Assembly: GCF_000250675.2 (NCBI RefSeq) | Contig: NC_018681.1 | Coordinates: forward strand, 4,897,031 to 4,929,030 | Origin: Nocardia brasiliensis ATCC 700358 | GTDB lineage: Bacteria > Actinomycetota > Actinomycetes > Mycobacteriales > Mycobacteriaceae | DNA length: 32,000 bases | Direction of reading: 5' to 3' | Shown here: one piece after another, positions 1-8,546 of the stretch | Numbering within the stretch: position 1 is the first letter of the stretch | Layout: each line of letters opens with the position of its first letter | Made by a program: the position numbers and the translations under genes | Notes under the pieces: generated by a model | What the model was told of the DNA's origin: nothing | What the model saw: the letters and a program-made list of their open reading frames with translations, nothing else | The model's database searches: none

Positions 1-666
1 TCGGTGCCGTAGCCGGTGGCGAGATAGTCGATCCATTTCCACGCCAATTCACCGGTGGCCAGTTCGCGGGCGTGGATCTGCGCGGTCAGCAGAAAACGAG
101 GCTTGCGCGTGGTGGGCGCCAGATCGCACCCGACGGGCTTCATCGTGGTTTTCGCGGCGGCCTTCTCCGCGTCGGTCCCCGCGGACGTGCCGGTCAGGCA
201 GATCACGTTCATCGTGTGCCCGCCCCGGCCCCGATCGGCCAGCCACGATTTGCCGATGTTGTGCACCTGCGCGATTCCGGGATATTTGGCGGCGGTGTCG
301 GTCGCATGACGCAGCAGATCGGCCGCCGTGTGATAGCCGCCGTAGTAGGTGGCGTCAGGAGTCCGCCGCTCCGAAGGGTCCGATTTGTAGACCGGCGCCT
401 TCTTGGTGAGGGTCAGCCCCTTCGCGCGCAGCGCCTGGGCACCGGCCTCGTCGACCGCGATGGTGACCTTCCCCGGTCCGGCGGGAACCATTTCGATCCC
501 GGCGTTCTCGATGATCTCCACCTGCGCGCGCGACGGCACCGGCACATCCCAATAGTAGGGGGAATCATCGGCGGCGTTCGCCGTCACCGGACAGAAGAAT
601 AGCGTCGAGAATCCACCGACCGCCGCCACGGTGATAGACGCAAGAATATTGCGAAACCTGCTCATG
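1..666 (-). CDS. Secreted zinc carboxypeptidase, M14 family (3' part truncated by window edge)
   Basis: Reverse-strand translation from ATG at 666 gives MSRFRNILASITVAAVGGFSTLFFCPVTANAADDSPYYWDVPVP...(signal peptide) ...PRFLLTAQIHARELATGE; the HARE (HxxE) motif is the M14 zinc-binding signature. It runs off the left edge and is not in the ORF track because no stop is present. Confidence 0.8.
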
Positions 667-950
667 GACTTTCCTAGTCTTGGGCGGCGACCACGGCCAC
701 CGCGAGCCATGTCGTTCTTCTGTGCGGAGATTAGGCCGGTGCGTCGGCGCGGAGAAACCCCAGTCGGCGAGTGGGGAACGGCGCCGGGTGGCGGCATACT
801 CGCAGCACTCCGTAAGGTGTCGCACAACAGGTTTCGCCGATTCGCGCATCTTTTGCGCCCGCCCGGGTAAAGCACGGCCAACAGCGGTCACCGGAGGTGG
901 TCTCGCCGGACGGCGTGCACCCGTCCGGATCGGCGAGGAGTTCGATCGAA

Positions 951-2048
951 ATGCAGGCACTCACGGTAGGTTTCGAAGAGGAATTTCTGCTGGTCGACGC
1001 GGAAGGCCGGCCGGTACCCGAATTCGACACGGTCTGCGGCTGGCTGACGGACAAACTCGAGGCGGCCGACAGCGCCCGGTTCAAGCCGGAACTGCAGCTG
1101 ACGCAGATCGAGACGATCAGCGGCATCCACACCAGCATGACCGCGCTGGCGAGCGAATTGCGCAGCGCCAGAGCCACGCTCGCCGCCGCGGGGGACGCGT
1201 GCGCCGTGACGGTGCTGCCGGTCGGCACCGCGCCGCAGTCGATCGCCGACGACACTCCCCTGCCCGATTCGGCCCGCTATGCCCGCATCCACGACCGGTA
1301 CCGGGGTGTGCTCCGCGACTACACCGCGTGCGGGGCGCACGTGCACATCGGCGTCGCCGATCCGGATCGCGCCGTGGCCGTCGTGAATCATCTGCGGCCG
1401 TGGTTGCCGACATTGCTTGCGGTCGGGGTGAATTCACCCTTCCATCGCGGCCGCGACTCCGGGTACGGCTCCTGGCGGATCGCCGAGCAGGCCCGCTTCC
1501 CCGGCGCCGGACTGCCGCCCTACGCGCGTTCGGCCGACGACTACGACGCGCGGATCGCCACCCTCCTCGAATGCGGCACGCTCGTCGACGATCACATGTC
1601 CTTTTGGCTGGCCCGGCCGTCGAAGGTGTACCCCACCGTGGAGGTGCGCGCCGCCGACACCGCCGCCACGGTGGACGACGCGATTTTGCAGGCGGTGCTC
1701 ACCCGCGGTTTGGTGCAGACGGCCCTGAACAAGCTGGACGAGGGTGTGGAAGGCCCGCGCATCGACGAACAGGTTGGCGCCGCGGCGATTTGGGCCGCCG
1801 CGCGCTACGGATTGGCCGGCCCCGCCGTCGATCCGATCGAAGAGATCCGGGTGCCCGCGGTATCGCTGCTGCGTTCCCTCGTCGCCTGGATCGCCGACGC
1901 GCTCACCGCCACCGACGACACCGCCGTGGCAAAGCGGCTGTTGCGCAATGTCGAACGCCACGGCACCGGCGCCGCCCGGCAGCGCCGGGCCGCACAGCCC
2001 GGCCTGCGCCACCTCGTCGACACGTTCCGCCTGACCACCTGGTCGTGA
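951..2048 (+). CDS. ybdK: Carboxylate-amine ligase, YbdK / glutamate-cysteine ligase family 2
   Basis: MQALTVGFEEEFLLVDAEGRPVPEFD...YRGVLRDYTACGAHVHIGVADPD; typical YbdK/GCS2 N-terminus and GxHVHIG motif. ORF opens at 897 but MQALTVGFEEE at 951 is the more typical start. Confidence 0.85.
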   Translation: MQALTVGFEEEFLLVDAEGRPVPEFDTVCGWLTDKLEAADSARFKPELQLTQIETISGIHTSMTALASELRSARATLAAAGDACAVTVLPVGTAPQSIADDTPLPDSARYARIHDRYRGVLRDYTACGAHVHIGVADPDRAVAVVNHLRPWLPTLLAVGVNSPFHRGRDSGYGSWRIAEQARFPGAGLPPYARSADDYDARIATLLECGTLVDDHMSFWLARPSKVYPTVEVRAADTAATVDDAILQAVLTRGLVQTALNKLDEGVEGPRIDEQVGAAAIWAAARYGLAGPAVDPIEEIRVPAVSLLRSLVAWIADALTATDDTAVAKRLLRNVERHGTGAARQRRAAQPGLRHLVDTFRLTTWS

Positions 2049-2126
2049 CGCACGAACAGCGTTGCCGGTCAACGCGATTCGCTGACCGGCAACGCGGCAC
2101 CGGCGGTGCTCGCCGCTCTGCGACGA

Positions 2127-2369
2127 CTAGCTCTGCTGATGTCCGGCTTGGCGCGCCTCGTTCACATCGGCTTCCGCGCGGGCCTTCTCCGCGGCGGCTT
2201 CCTTCTGCGCTGCCTCGCGCTGGGATTCGGCTTTGTCCTGCTGCGCCTTGCCCTCGCCTTTGAGGCTCTCGTCACCGGTGACGACACCGGCGGCCTCCTT
2301 GGCCTTGCCTTTCACGTCTTCGACGACACCTTCGACGCCCTCGCGGGGGCCACTTCCATGTTCTGACAC
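2127..2369 (-). CDS. CsbD-like stress protein
   Basis: VEGVVEDVKGKAKEAAGVVTGDESLKGEGKAQQDKAE, CsbD-like core. Confidence 0.8.
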   Translation of the reverse strand: MSEHGSGPREGVEGVVEDVKGKAKEAAGVVTGDESLKGEGKAQQDKAESQREAAQKEAAAEKARAEADVNEARQAGHQQS

Positions 2370-2448
2370 AGTTATTCACCTTTCGCACTGCGACTGCGGC
2401 TGACCTTCGGCGCTTACCCGGAGTCGCTCGACTCAATCCACCGCGCGG

Positions 2449-3288
2449 TCAGAGGATCGGCCTGCCGCCGGTCACGGCGATCCGCGCGCCGGAGATGTAG
2501 CTACCGTCGTCGGAGGCGAGCAGAACGTAGGCCGGGGCGAGTTCGGCGGGCTGGCCCGCGCGCCCGAGCGGCACGTCGTCGCCGAAGTTCGCCACCTTCT
2601 TCGGCGGCATCGTCGACGGGATCAACGGCGTCCAGATCGGCCCCGGCGCAACGCTGTTCACCCGGATCCCGCGTTCACCGAGCAGCTGGGCCAGGCTCGC
2701 GGAGAAGTTCGCGATCGCCGCCTTCGTCGCCGCATAGGGTGCGAGAGTCGGTGAGGGCATATCGGAGTTGACCGACGAACTGCCGATGATCGACGCACCC
2801 GGCCGCATATGCGGCAGCGCGGCTTTGACCAAGCGGAAGTACGCGCTGACGTTCACCTGGAAGGTGTGATCGAACTCCTCGTCGCTGATCTCCTCCAGCG
2901 TCTCGTGCGTCATCTGGTAGGCCGCGTTGCTCACCAGGACGTCGATCTTCCCGAACTCCTGCACGGCCCGATCGATAACGGTCCGGCATTGCCCCGGCTC
3001 GGCGAGATCGCCGGGCACCAGCACCGCCTTGCGCCCGGCCTGCTCGACCAGCTCGGCCACTTCCTTGGCGTCTTCGTCCTCGCTCAAATAGGAAAGCAGC
3101 ACGTCCGCGCCTTCGCGCGCGAAGGCGATCGCGACCGCGCGCCCGATACCGCTGTCGGCGCCGGTGATCACAGCCGCCTTGCCGGTCAGCTTGCCCGACC
3201 CCCGGTAGCTGTCCTCCCCGCAGTCCGGCACCGGATCCATTCGCGCCTGCACGCCGGGAACCGGCTGCTGCTGTTCAGGAAATCCCAT
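2449..3288 (-). CDS. SDR family NAD(P)-dependent oxidoreductase (YhdG/YhxC/GsiB-associated type)
   Basis: KLTGKAAVITGADSGIGRAVAIAFAREGADVLLSYL (TGxxxGIG), SSVNSDMPSPTLAPYAATKAAI (YxxxK). Start assigned to MGFPEQQQPVPG at 3288. Confidence 0.9.
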   Translation of the reverse strand: MGFPEQQQPVPGVQARMDPVPDCGEDSYRGSGKLTGKAAVITGADSGIGRAVAIAFAREGADVLLSYLSEDEDAKEVAELVEQAGRKAVLVPGDLAEPGQCRTVIDRAVQEFGKIDVLVSNAAYQMTHETLEEISDEEFDHTFQVNVSAYFRLVKAALPHMRPGASIIGSSSVNSDMPSPTLAPYAATKAAIANFSASLAQLLGERGIRVNSVAPGPIWTPLIPSTMPPKKVANFGDDVPLGRAGQPAELAPAYVLLASDDGSYISGARIAVTGGRPIL

Positions 3289-3416
3289 GACCACTCCTCT
3301 CGTCGCACACGCCATGTAGTCGCCGACTACCGCGATACGTGGTCGGCAAACACCGGGCCGACGCGTTTGGACCGCCCGGCCGCGGCAGGCAGGAGAGAAG
3401 CGGTGGCCGGGTTCGG

Positions 3417-5144
3417 CTACCCGGCGACCTCGACTGGCCTCGTGGGCAGCCAATTATCCTGCAACAGTTCGGATATGAACTCGATCACCGCGTCCTGGCC
3501 CCCGTCGGAGCGCCTGCCTGCCAACGGCAGATCGTGCAGCGTGAACGTGCGCGGATCGATGTCACACGCGGCCGTCGGGTAGCCGATGCGGGTCGCCGCG
3601 CGAGCCATGATCACCTGCATCATGGCCTCGAGCACGCGCCGGTTGGCGCCGAGCCGGCGACGTATCTCCGCCGACCCGAGCGGACCGTGATCGCCAGACG
3701 TGCCGAACGACGATTTCAGGGCCGGCGTGCCGGTGTGATCGAAGAAGTGGCAGTGATCGCGTCCCGGTTCCCGTTCGTCCCATTCCCGGAAGAAGGCCTG
3801 CATGCGCTCGTTCAACAGCCGGAAGTCGGCCAGCTCGGCGCCGACGACCGCGGGCGCGTAGGCGTCGGTGGTGTTGCTGCGGATCAGCAGGCCCAAGAAC
3901 GCATGGTGCAGATACCGGTCGAAGACCAGTTTCGCGAACCACACCTGCGGGTTGCCCATCAGCCTGTACTGATCGGTCCAGACCGGCAGCAAAGTGTCGT
4001 ACACCTCGAGGTAGAAGTCGTTCAAGCGCGCCGCGAGGTCGTCGGTCGCCGCCCCGTCGAGGTCGCGGACGACCATATCGGTCACCAAGGTATTGGACAT
4101 CGCGATGAAATCGCTGCCGGGCGAGTAGAGCGGATCGTTGAAGACACCCGCCTCGCCGGTCAACGCCCACCGATCGCCGGAATACACCTGCGCACAACTG
4201 TGCGCGAAGTGCCGCAGCCGCTTGAAGTCCTGCAGCGACTCCCGGTGCCTGGCGACGGCGCGCGCGACCTCGGGTTCGTGCCGGGTCAGCCAGTCGAGCG
4301 CGGCCTCGAACGTGCCGATTTCCTCGAACGGCACATATCGCGGGTCGGACACGATACCGACACTGATCGACCCCGACACCAGGGGGATGAGCCAGACCCA
4401 ATAGCCCTTTCCCATCAGATGATTGGTGGACCGCCAGCGCAATCCCTCCGGAACCCTTTCTCGCCAGGCCGATTTGGCAGCCGCAGAAGTGCCGACCTCT
4501 TCCTCGACGAGTTCATCCATCCAGATCATCTCGCTCAGCCGGAACCAGACGGCGTCGCAGTTGTGCGGGCTGTCCTTGCGCAGGCCCAGCTTGCTTTTGA
4601 GCAGGCCGCGCCGACCGGTGGCGTCGATCACCCACCGTGCCCGCACCGTCTGTCCCGCGCCCGCCCGCGCGATCACGACCTCGTGCGGCGCATCCGATTT
4701 CAGACGTACGTCGACGACTCGATACCCGTGCCGGAATTCCGCACCGCCCGCGACGACGATGGCACCCAGCGCGTTCTCGAAGACGCCGCGATCGAGCTGA
4801 AAGGTCGCCGACGCGTAGAAGAACCCGCTGGGCCCCGATTCCGCACGCTGCGACAGCGGCGGCGGCGGGACCGAAACGGACGGCAGGAACCGCAGGCCGG
4901 TCTTACGAATCTGGCTCTGCTCCAGGTGTTCTCGCAGCTGTAGCGTTTCCGCGAAGTAGGTGCCGCTGATCACGACGGTGGATTCGCCCACCTTGTGCGC
5001 GGCCGCGCGCACCGGATGCGGCACCCGCTCCACCACGAGAACGGTGGTGTCCGGCCTGCGCAAGAGCACTTGCCGCGCGAGACTGAGCCCGGCCAGCCCA
5101 CCGCCCAGCACAACGACGTCATAGTCCGAACGGTCGGTGATCAC
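3417..5144 (-). CDS. FAD-dependent oxidoreductase, flavin-dependent halogenase-like
   Basis: C-terminal part of the 3417..6998 ORF: VITDRSDYDVVVLGGGLAGLSLARQV (GxGxxG), HKVGESTV, and KGYWVWLIPL (WxWxIP motif of flavin-dependent halogenases). GTG start at 5144 overlaps the upstream gene stop (GTGA). Confidence 0.85.
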   Translation of the reverse strand: MITDRSDYDVVVLGGGLAGLSLARQVLLRRPDTTVLVVERVPHPVRAAAHKVGESTVVISGTYFAETLQLREHLEQSQIRKTGLRFLPSVSVPPPPLSQRAESGPSGFFYASATFQLDRGVFENALGAIVVAGGAEFRHGYRVVDVRLKSDAPHEVVIARAGAGQTVRARWVIDATGRRGLLKSKLGLRKDSPHNCDAVWFRLSEMIWMDELVEEEVGTSAAAKSAWRERVPEGLRWRSTNHLMGKGYWVWLIPLVSGSISVGIVSDPRYVPFEEIGTFEAALDWLTRHEPEVARAVARHRESLQDFKRLRHFAHSCAQVYSGDRWALTGEAGVFNDPLYSPGSDFIAMSNTLVTDMVVRDLDGAATDDLAARLNDFYLEVYDTLLPVWTDQYRLMGNPQVWFAKLVFDRYLHHAFLGLLIRSNTTDAYAPAVVGAELADFRLLNERMQAFFREWDEREPGRDHCHFFDHTGTPALKSSFGTSGDHGPLGSAEIRRRLGANRRVLEAMMQVIMARAATRIGYPTAACDIDPRTFTLHDLPLAGRRSDGGQDAVIEFISELLQDNWLPTRPVEVAG

Positions 5145-6226
5145 GGTACGAGCGTCCCTTCGCACGCGGCGGCGACGGGTCGCAGCACCTCGTCCATGCA
5201 GCGTTGCATCGCCCGGTACGTGGGTTCTCCCGGCGGATTGGCGTCGAAGGCGAGTATGAAATGCGTTAGCCCGGTCGACTCGTACAGCTCGGTGAGGCGG
5301 TCCCGGCAGCGCTGCGGCGTACCGACCAGATTGAGCGGAATCATCTTCTCGACCACACCGGAAGCGTCCCGGCCCCCGGCCTTGCGGCCCGCGTCCACCG
5401 CGTCGAAATAGGTGCGGTAATTCGGCAGCAGGTGCCGGCGCGCGAGCAACCCGTTCGAGGTCGCGCCCTCGGCGACCCACCACCCCACGTGCTCGCGTAC
5501 GGTGTCCGCGGCGCGGTCGTTCGTATCGTCCAGTACGGCAATGCAGGTCAGCGCGTGCCGCGCGGCCGCGTCGAGCTGTCCGTGCGGTCCGGCCGTTTCG
5601 CGGTAGCGCGACATCAGTGCCCGCTTCTCGTTGTCGGGCATGGCTTCTCGGATCAGCAGTGGATATCCGTGGGCGGCCGCCCACCGGACGGTGTCCGGCG
5701 ACCCAGAGGCGACGTAGACCGGCGGATGCGGGTGCGTCAGCGGCTTCGGCTGCACCGGCACCGCGTCCAGCGTGCCGTCCATCGAGGAGATCACGTACGG
5801 CTCTTCGCCCCACGCCCGCACCACCTGGTCCATGGTCTCGACCAAGGCGAGGTGATTCACCGTCATATCGACCGCGAAGGCTTCGAAGTCCCGGGCGTAG
5901 GTGCCGCGCCCGATGCCGAAATCGAAACGACCACCGCTGAGATGATCGAGCATCGCGACTCGTTCGGCGAGCTTGATCGGATGTTCCAGCGGAACGATCG
6001 TGATCGCAGAGCCGACTCTGATCCGCTCGGTTCCGCCCAGCAGGAACGACGCCATGTTGAGGGCGTTGGTGCACAGGCTGTAGTTGGTGAAATGGTGTTC
6101 CAGCAGCCAGATTCCGGAATAGCCGAGTTCCTCGGCCCACTGCGCCGACTGGGTCGCGGCCGCGAATGTCTCCCGCTGACCGATACCGGGCCGCTGCGCG
6201 ACGCTCAGTACGATGTCGAATCTCAT
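5141..6226 (-). CDS. LLM class flavin-dependent monooxygenase, bacterial-luciferase alpha (LuxA)-like
   Basis: [14 protein letters not shown]...[42 protein letters not shown]...[11 protein letters not shown]; strong resemblance to LuxA blocks [38 protein letters not shown] and NPVGTPEEC. Confidence 0.88.
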   Translation of the reverse strand: [361 protein letters not shown]

Positions 6227-6241
6227 CTCCGGGTCTCCTCC

Positions 6242-7432
6242 CTAGACGTAGTCCACATAGGCCGGTGCGGCCGGCGGCCGTTCCCTCCCGGTGACGTTCA
6301 CGAGCGTCACGGTGTCGCGCCTCAGCCATCCGGCCCGCGCCAGCTTCAGCGCGCAGGCCAGGGCCACCGACGAGGTGAGACACGCATCGACCCCTTCCAG
6401 GTCCCGGGCAAGTCGTCTGGCCGCGAGAATCTCCCGATCCGGCACGGCCTCGAAGGCACCGCCCGTCGCCTGCACGATCCGGTGCACGAATGGGTAGGAG
6501 TCCGCCGGGTTTCCCCGCAGGATCGCCTTGGCGATACCGCTCGGCCGCCGTTTGATGTGCTCGGGGCGGATCGTCGCCGAGTTGTCTCGGAAGGCCTCGT
6601 ACATCGGCGCGCACCGCGATTGCTGGGCGCATACGATGCTCGGCACCCGCGCCAGCCTGCCGAGCGCCACATATTCGGTGGCGCCTTTGAACGCACCGTA
6701 GATACCCATCCCGCTGCTCACCGCCTGGACGACCACGTCGGGTGCGCGCGGCGCCAGTTGGTCGAACGCCTCGAGGTAGGCGAGCTTCAGGCCTTCGCGC
6801 CGCGCCGGGTTGAAGAAACCGCTCTCGAACGGCAGTCCGCGGTCGGCGGCGAACCGTGCCGCCGCCGCACCCGCACCGACATAGTCGGCGTCTACGCAGT
6901 ACACCCGCACATTGGGCGCGTCGGGCACATCGATCCGGTCCAGGAAATCCCGCGCGCAGAAAATGTGCAGCGTCACCTCCGGCATGCGCGCGGCGCACCG
7001 GCCCATCGAGGTCGAACTGTTGCCGGTGGACGAGACGACGAATTCGGTCACGCCCTGCTGCACCAGGAACGGCATCGCCACCCCCGCCATGCGGTCCTTG
7101 GCGGTCCCGCTCGGGTTGGCGCTCTCCACTTTCAGATACAGGAAGTCCAAACCCGCCCAGCGCCCGAGTTCACGTGCCCACAGCAGCGGAGTGTTGCCCT
7201 CACCGAGCCAGACAGCGTGCTGAAAGTCGTTCAACGGCAACAGATCGAACCAGCGCACCAGCGGGTTGTCGTCGTCGCGGATCCGCGCCCGGGTCAAGTC
7301 GTAGAACACATCCGTGGCGCCCGCGCAGCGGGGGCAGCGCGGCACGAAAGCGGCCGCGACGCCGAATCCGCAAGCCCGACACTCCAATACGACCCGCTTG
7401 CGCAACTGCGGCGTGGTCGATGTCTCGATCAT
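6242..7432 (-). CDS. PLP-dependent enzyme, threonine-synthase-like (N-terminal zinc-ribbon, fold type II)
   Basis: Zinc ribbon CRACGFG...CPRCAG; GEGNTPLLWARELG; PLP lysine context ESANPSGTAKDRMAG; VSSTGNSSTSMGRCAA. Confidence 0.85.
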   Translation of the reverse strand: MIETSTTPQLRKRVVLECRACGFGVAAAFVPRCPRCAGATDVFYDLTRARIRDDDNPLVRWFDLLPLNDFQHAVWLGEGNTPLLWARELGRWAGLDFLYLKVESANPSGTAKDRMAGVAMPFLVQQGVTEFVVSSTGNSSTSMGRCAARMPEVTLHIFCARDFLDRIDVPDAPNVRVYCVDADYVGAGAAAARFAADRGLPFESGFFNPARREGLKLAYLEAFDQLAPRAPDVVVQAVSSGMGIYGAFKGATEYVALGRLARVPSIVCAQQSRCAPMYEAFRDNSATIRPEHIKRRPSGIAKAILRGNPADSYPFVHRIVQATGGAFEAVPDREILAARRLARDLEGVDACLTSSVALACALKLARAGWLRRDTVTLVNVTGRERPPAAPAYVDYV

Positions 7433-8544
7433 CTCGCCGTACCTTCGGTCGCGTAGGCCGACGCACCCGTGAGAGTCATGATGGCCATACGTGATCCGAT
7501 GCCCATCCGATGCAGCGTTCGACCGTTCCGGTACAGGTCGCGGCCGGTCGCGGCCGAGGCCATAGTGACGATGGCGTCGAACTGCCGGTGCGGCGTGCCG
7601 ACCAGCGCGGCAAGCGCGGCCAACGGCACCGCACCGGTCCGCACATGCTCATCGAGGAATCGATGGTCGGTACCGCGCGGGGCGAGGATGGACCGATATC
7701 CGGGGGCGGCACGCAGCGCGTCGACCAAACTGGGTGCGGTGCACTCGTAGGTGTGCCCGAACCATTCGAGCGCGGTCGGCAACCGTACGCCCACCTCGCG
7801 CCCGAGCAGCACCCGCTCCCGGTCGGAGGCCTCGATGATCCGGGCGACCGCAGCCGATACGCCCTCGGCGTAGAAACGATGCCGGTCGCCGTGGTCGAGC
7901 CGCGCCAGATTGGCCAGTGCCACAACGGGTTGGATCACGGCCGTGACATTGGCCAGACTCGTCTCCCAGATCGAGCCCACGCTGCGGACGGCGGGAAAAC
8001 TCCGCGCGAGCAGGTCGCGGGCGATGTCCGCGTGCCGCCGCTGTCGTGCCCCGAGCGGAACATCCTTCTTGTACTGGAAGATTCGGACGGTCGAGGATCC
8101 TTCGCCGCGGCAGACGAACGGCAGGTTCATCTCGGCGAGAGCCGGGCCGAGCGCGCTCTCACACCAGCCCACCCGATCGCGCAACGCGGTGGTGACCTCC
8201 AGGACGCCGCCGGTGTGCCCGGGCACGAGCACGACCGCTGCGGCTTGCCGCAGCGCGGGCCAGGACGCTGTGACCAGGTCACGATGTGCGGCTGCGGAAA
8301 TCGCGACCAGGACGAGATCCGCGCCCGAGCACACCGCCGCAAGATCGGTCGACACCGCGGCCAGGCGGACCGTACACGCGTCCGGGTCGCGCAGGGTCAG
8401 TGTCGCGTCCTCGATATCCGCGAGATGCGCTGCGGTCCGGTTCCAGAGCCGGACTTCGCAGCCGGCCCGCGCCAGCACTGCCGCCAGCGCCCGGCCCGCA
8501 TCGCCCGCGCCGAGTACCGCCGCCTTGATCGACTTGTCCCCCAT
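7429..8544 (-). CDS. NAD/NADP octopine/nopaline (opine) dehydrogenase family protein
   Basis: KAAVLGAGDAGRALAAVLARAGCEVRLWNRT Rossmann motif, VLVPGHTGG and C-terminal domain typical of the octopine/nopaline dehydrogenase family; 4-bp overlap (ATGA) with the PLP gene. Confidence 0.75.
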   Translation of the reverse strand: MGDKSIKAAVLGAGDAGRALAAVLARAGCEVRLWNRTAAHLADIEDATLTLRDPDACTVRLAAVSTDLAAVCSGADLVLVAISAAAHRDLVTASWPALRQAAAVVLVPGHTGGVLEVTTALRDRVGWCESALGPALAEMNLPFVCRGEGSSTVRIFQYKKDVPLGARQRRHADIARDLLARSFPAVRSVGSIWETSLANVTAVIQPVVALANLARLDHGDRHRFYAEGVSAAVARIIEASDRERVLLGREVGVRLPTALEWFGHTYECTAPSLVDALRAAPGYRSILAPRGTDHRFLDEHVRTGAVPLAALAALVGTPHRQFDAIVTMASAATGRDLYRNGRTLHRMGIGSRMAIMTLTGASAYATEGTAR

Positions 8545-8546
8545 CG

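Noticed and set aside
3417-6998. 1193-aa minus-strand ORF as one giant protein
   Set aside because: Only the C-terminal part from the GTG at 5144 has protein-family features. The upstream part is out of frame with, and on the same strand as, the convincing LuxA-like (5141-6226) and PLP-enzyme (6242-7432) genes.
5432-7456. 674-aa plus-strand ORF
   Set aside because: Antisense shadow of the LuxA-like and PLP genes. Low-complexity Arg/His/Gly/Ala-rich translation typical of high-GC third-position bias.
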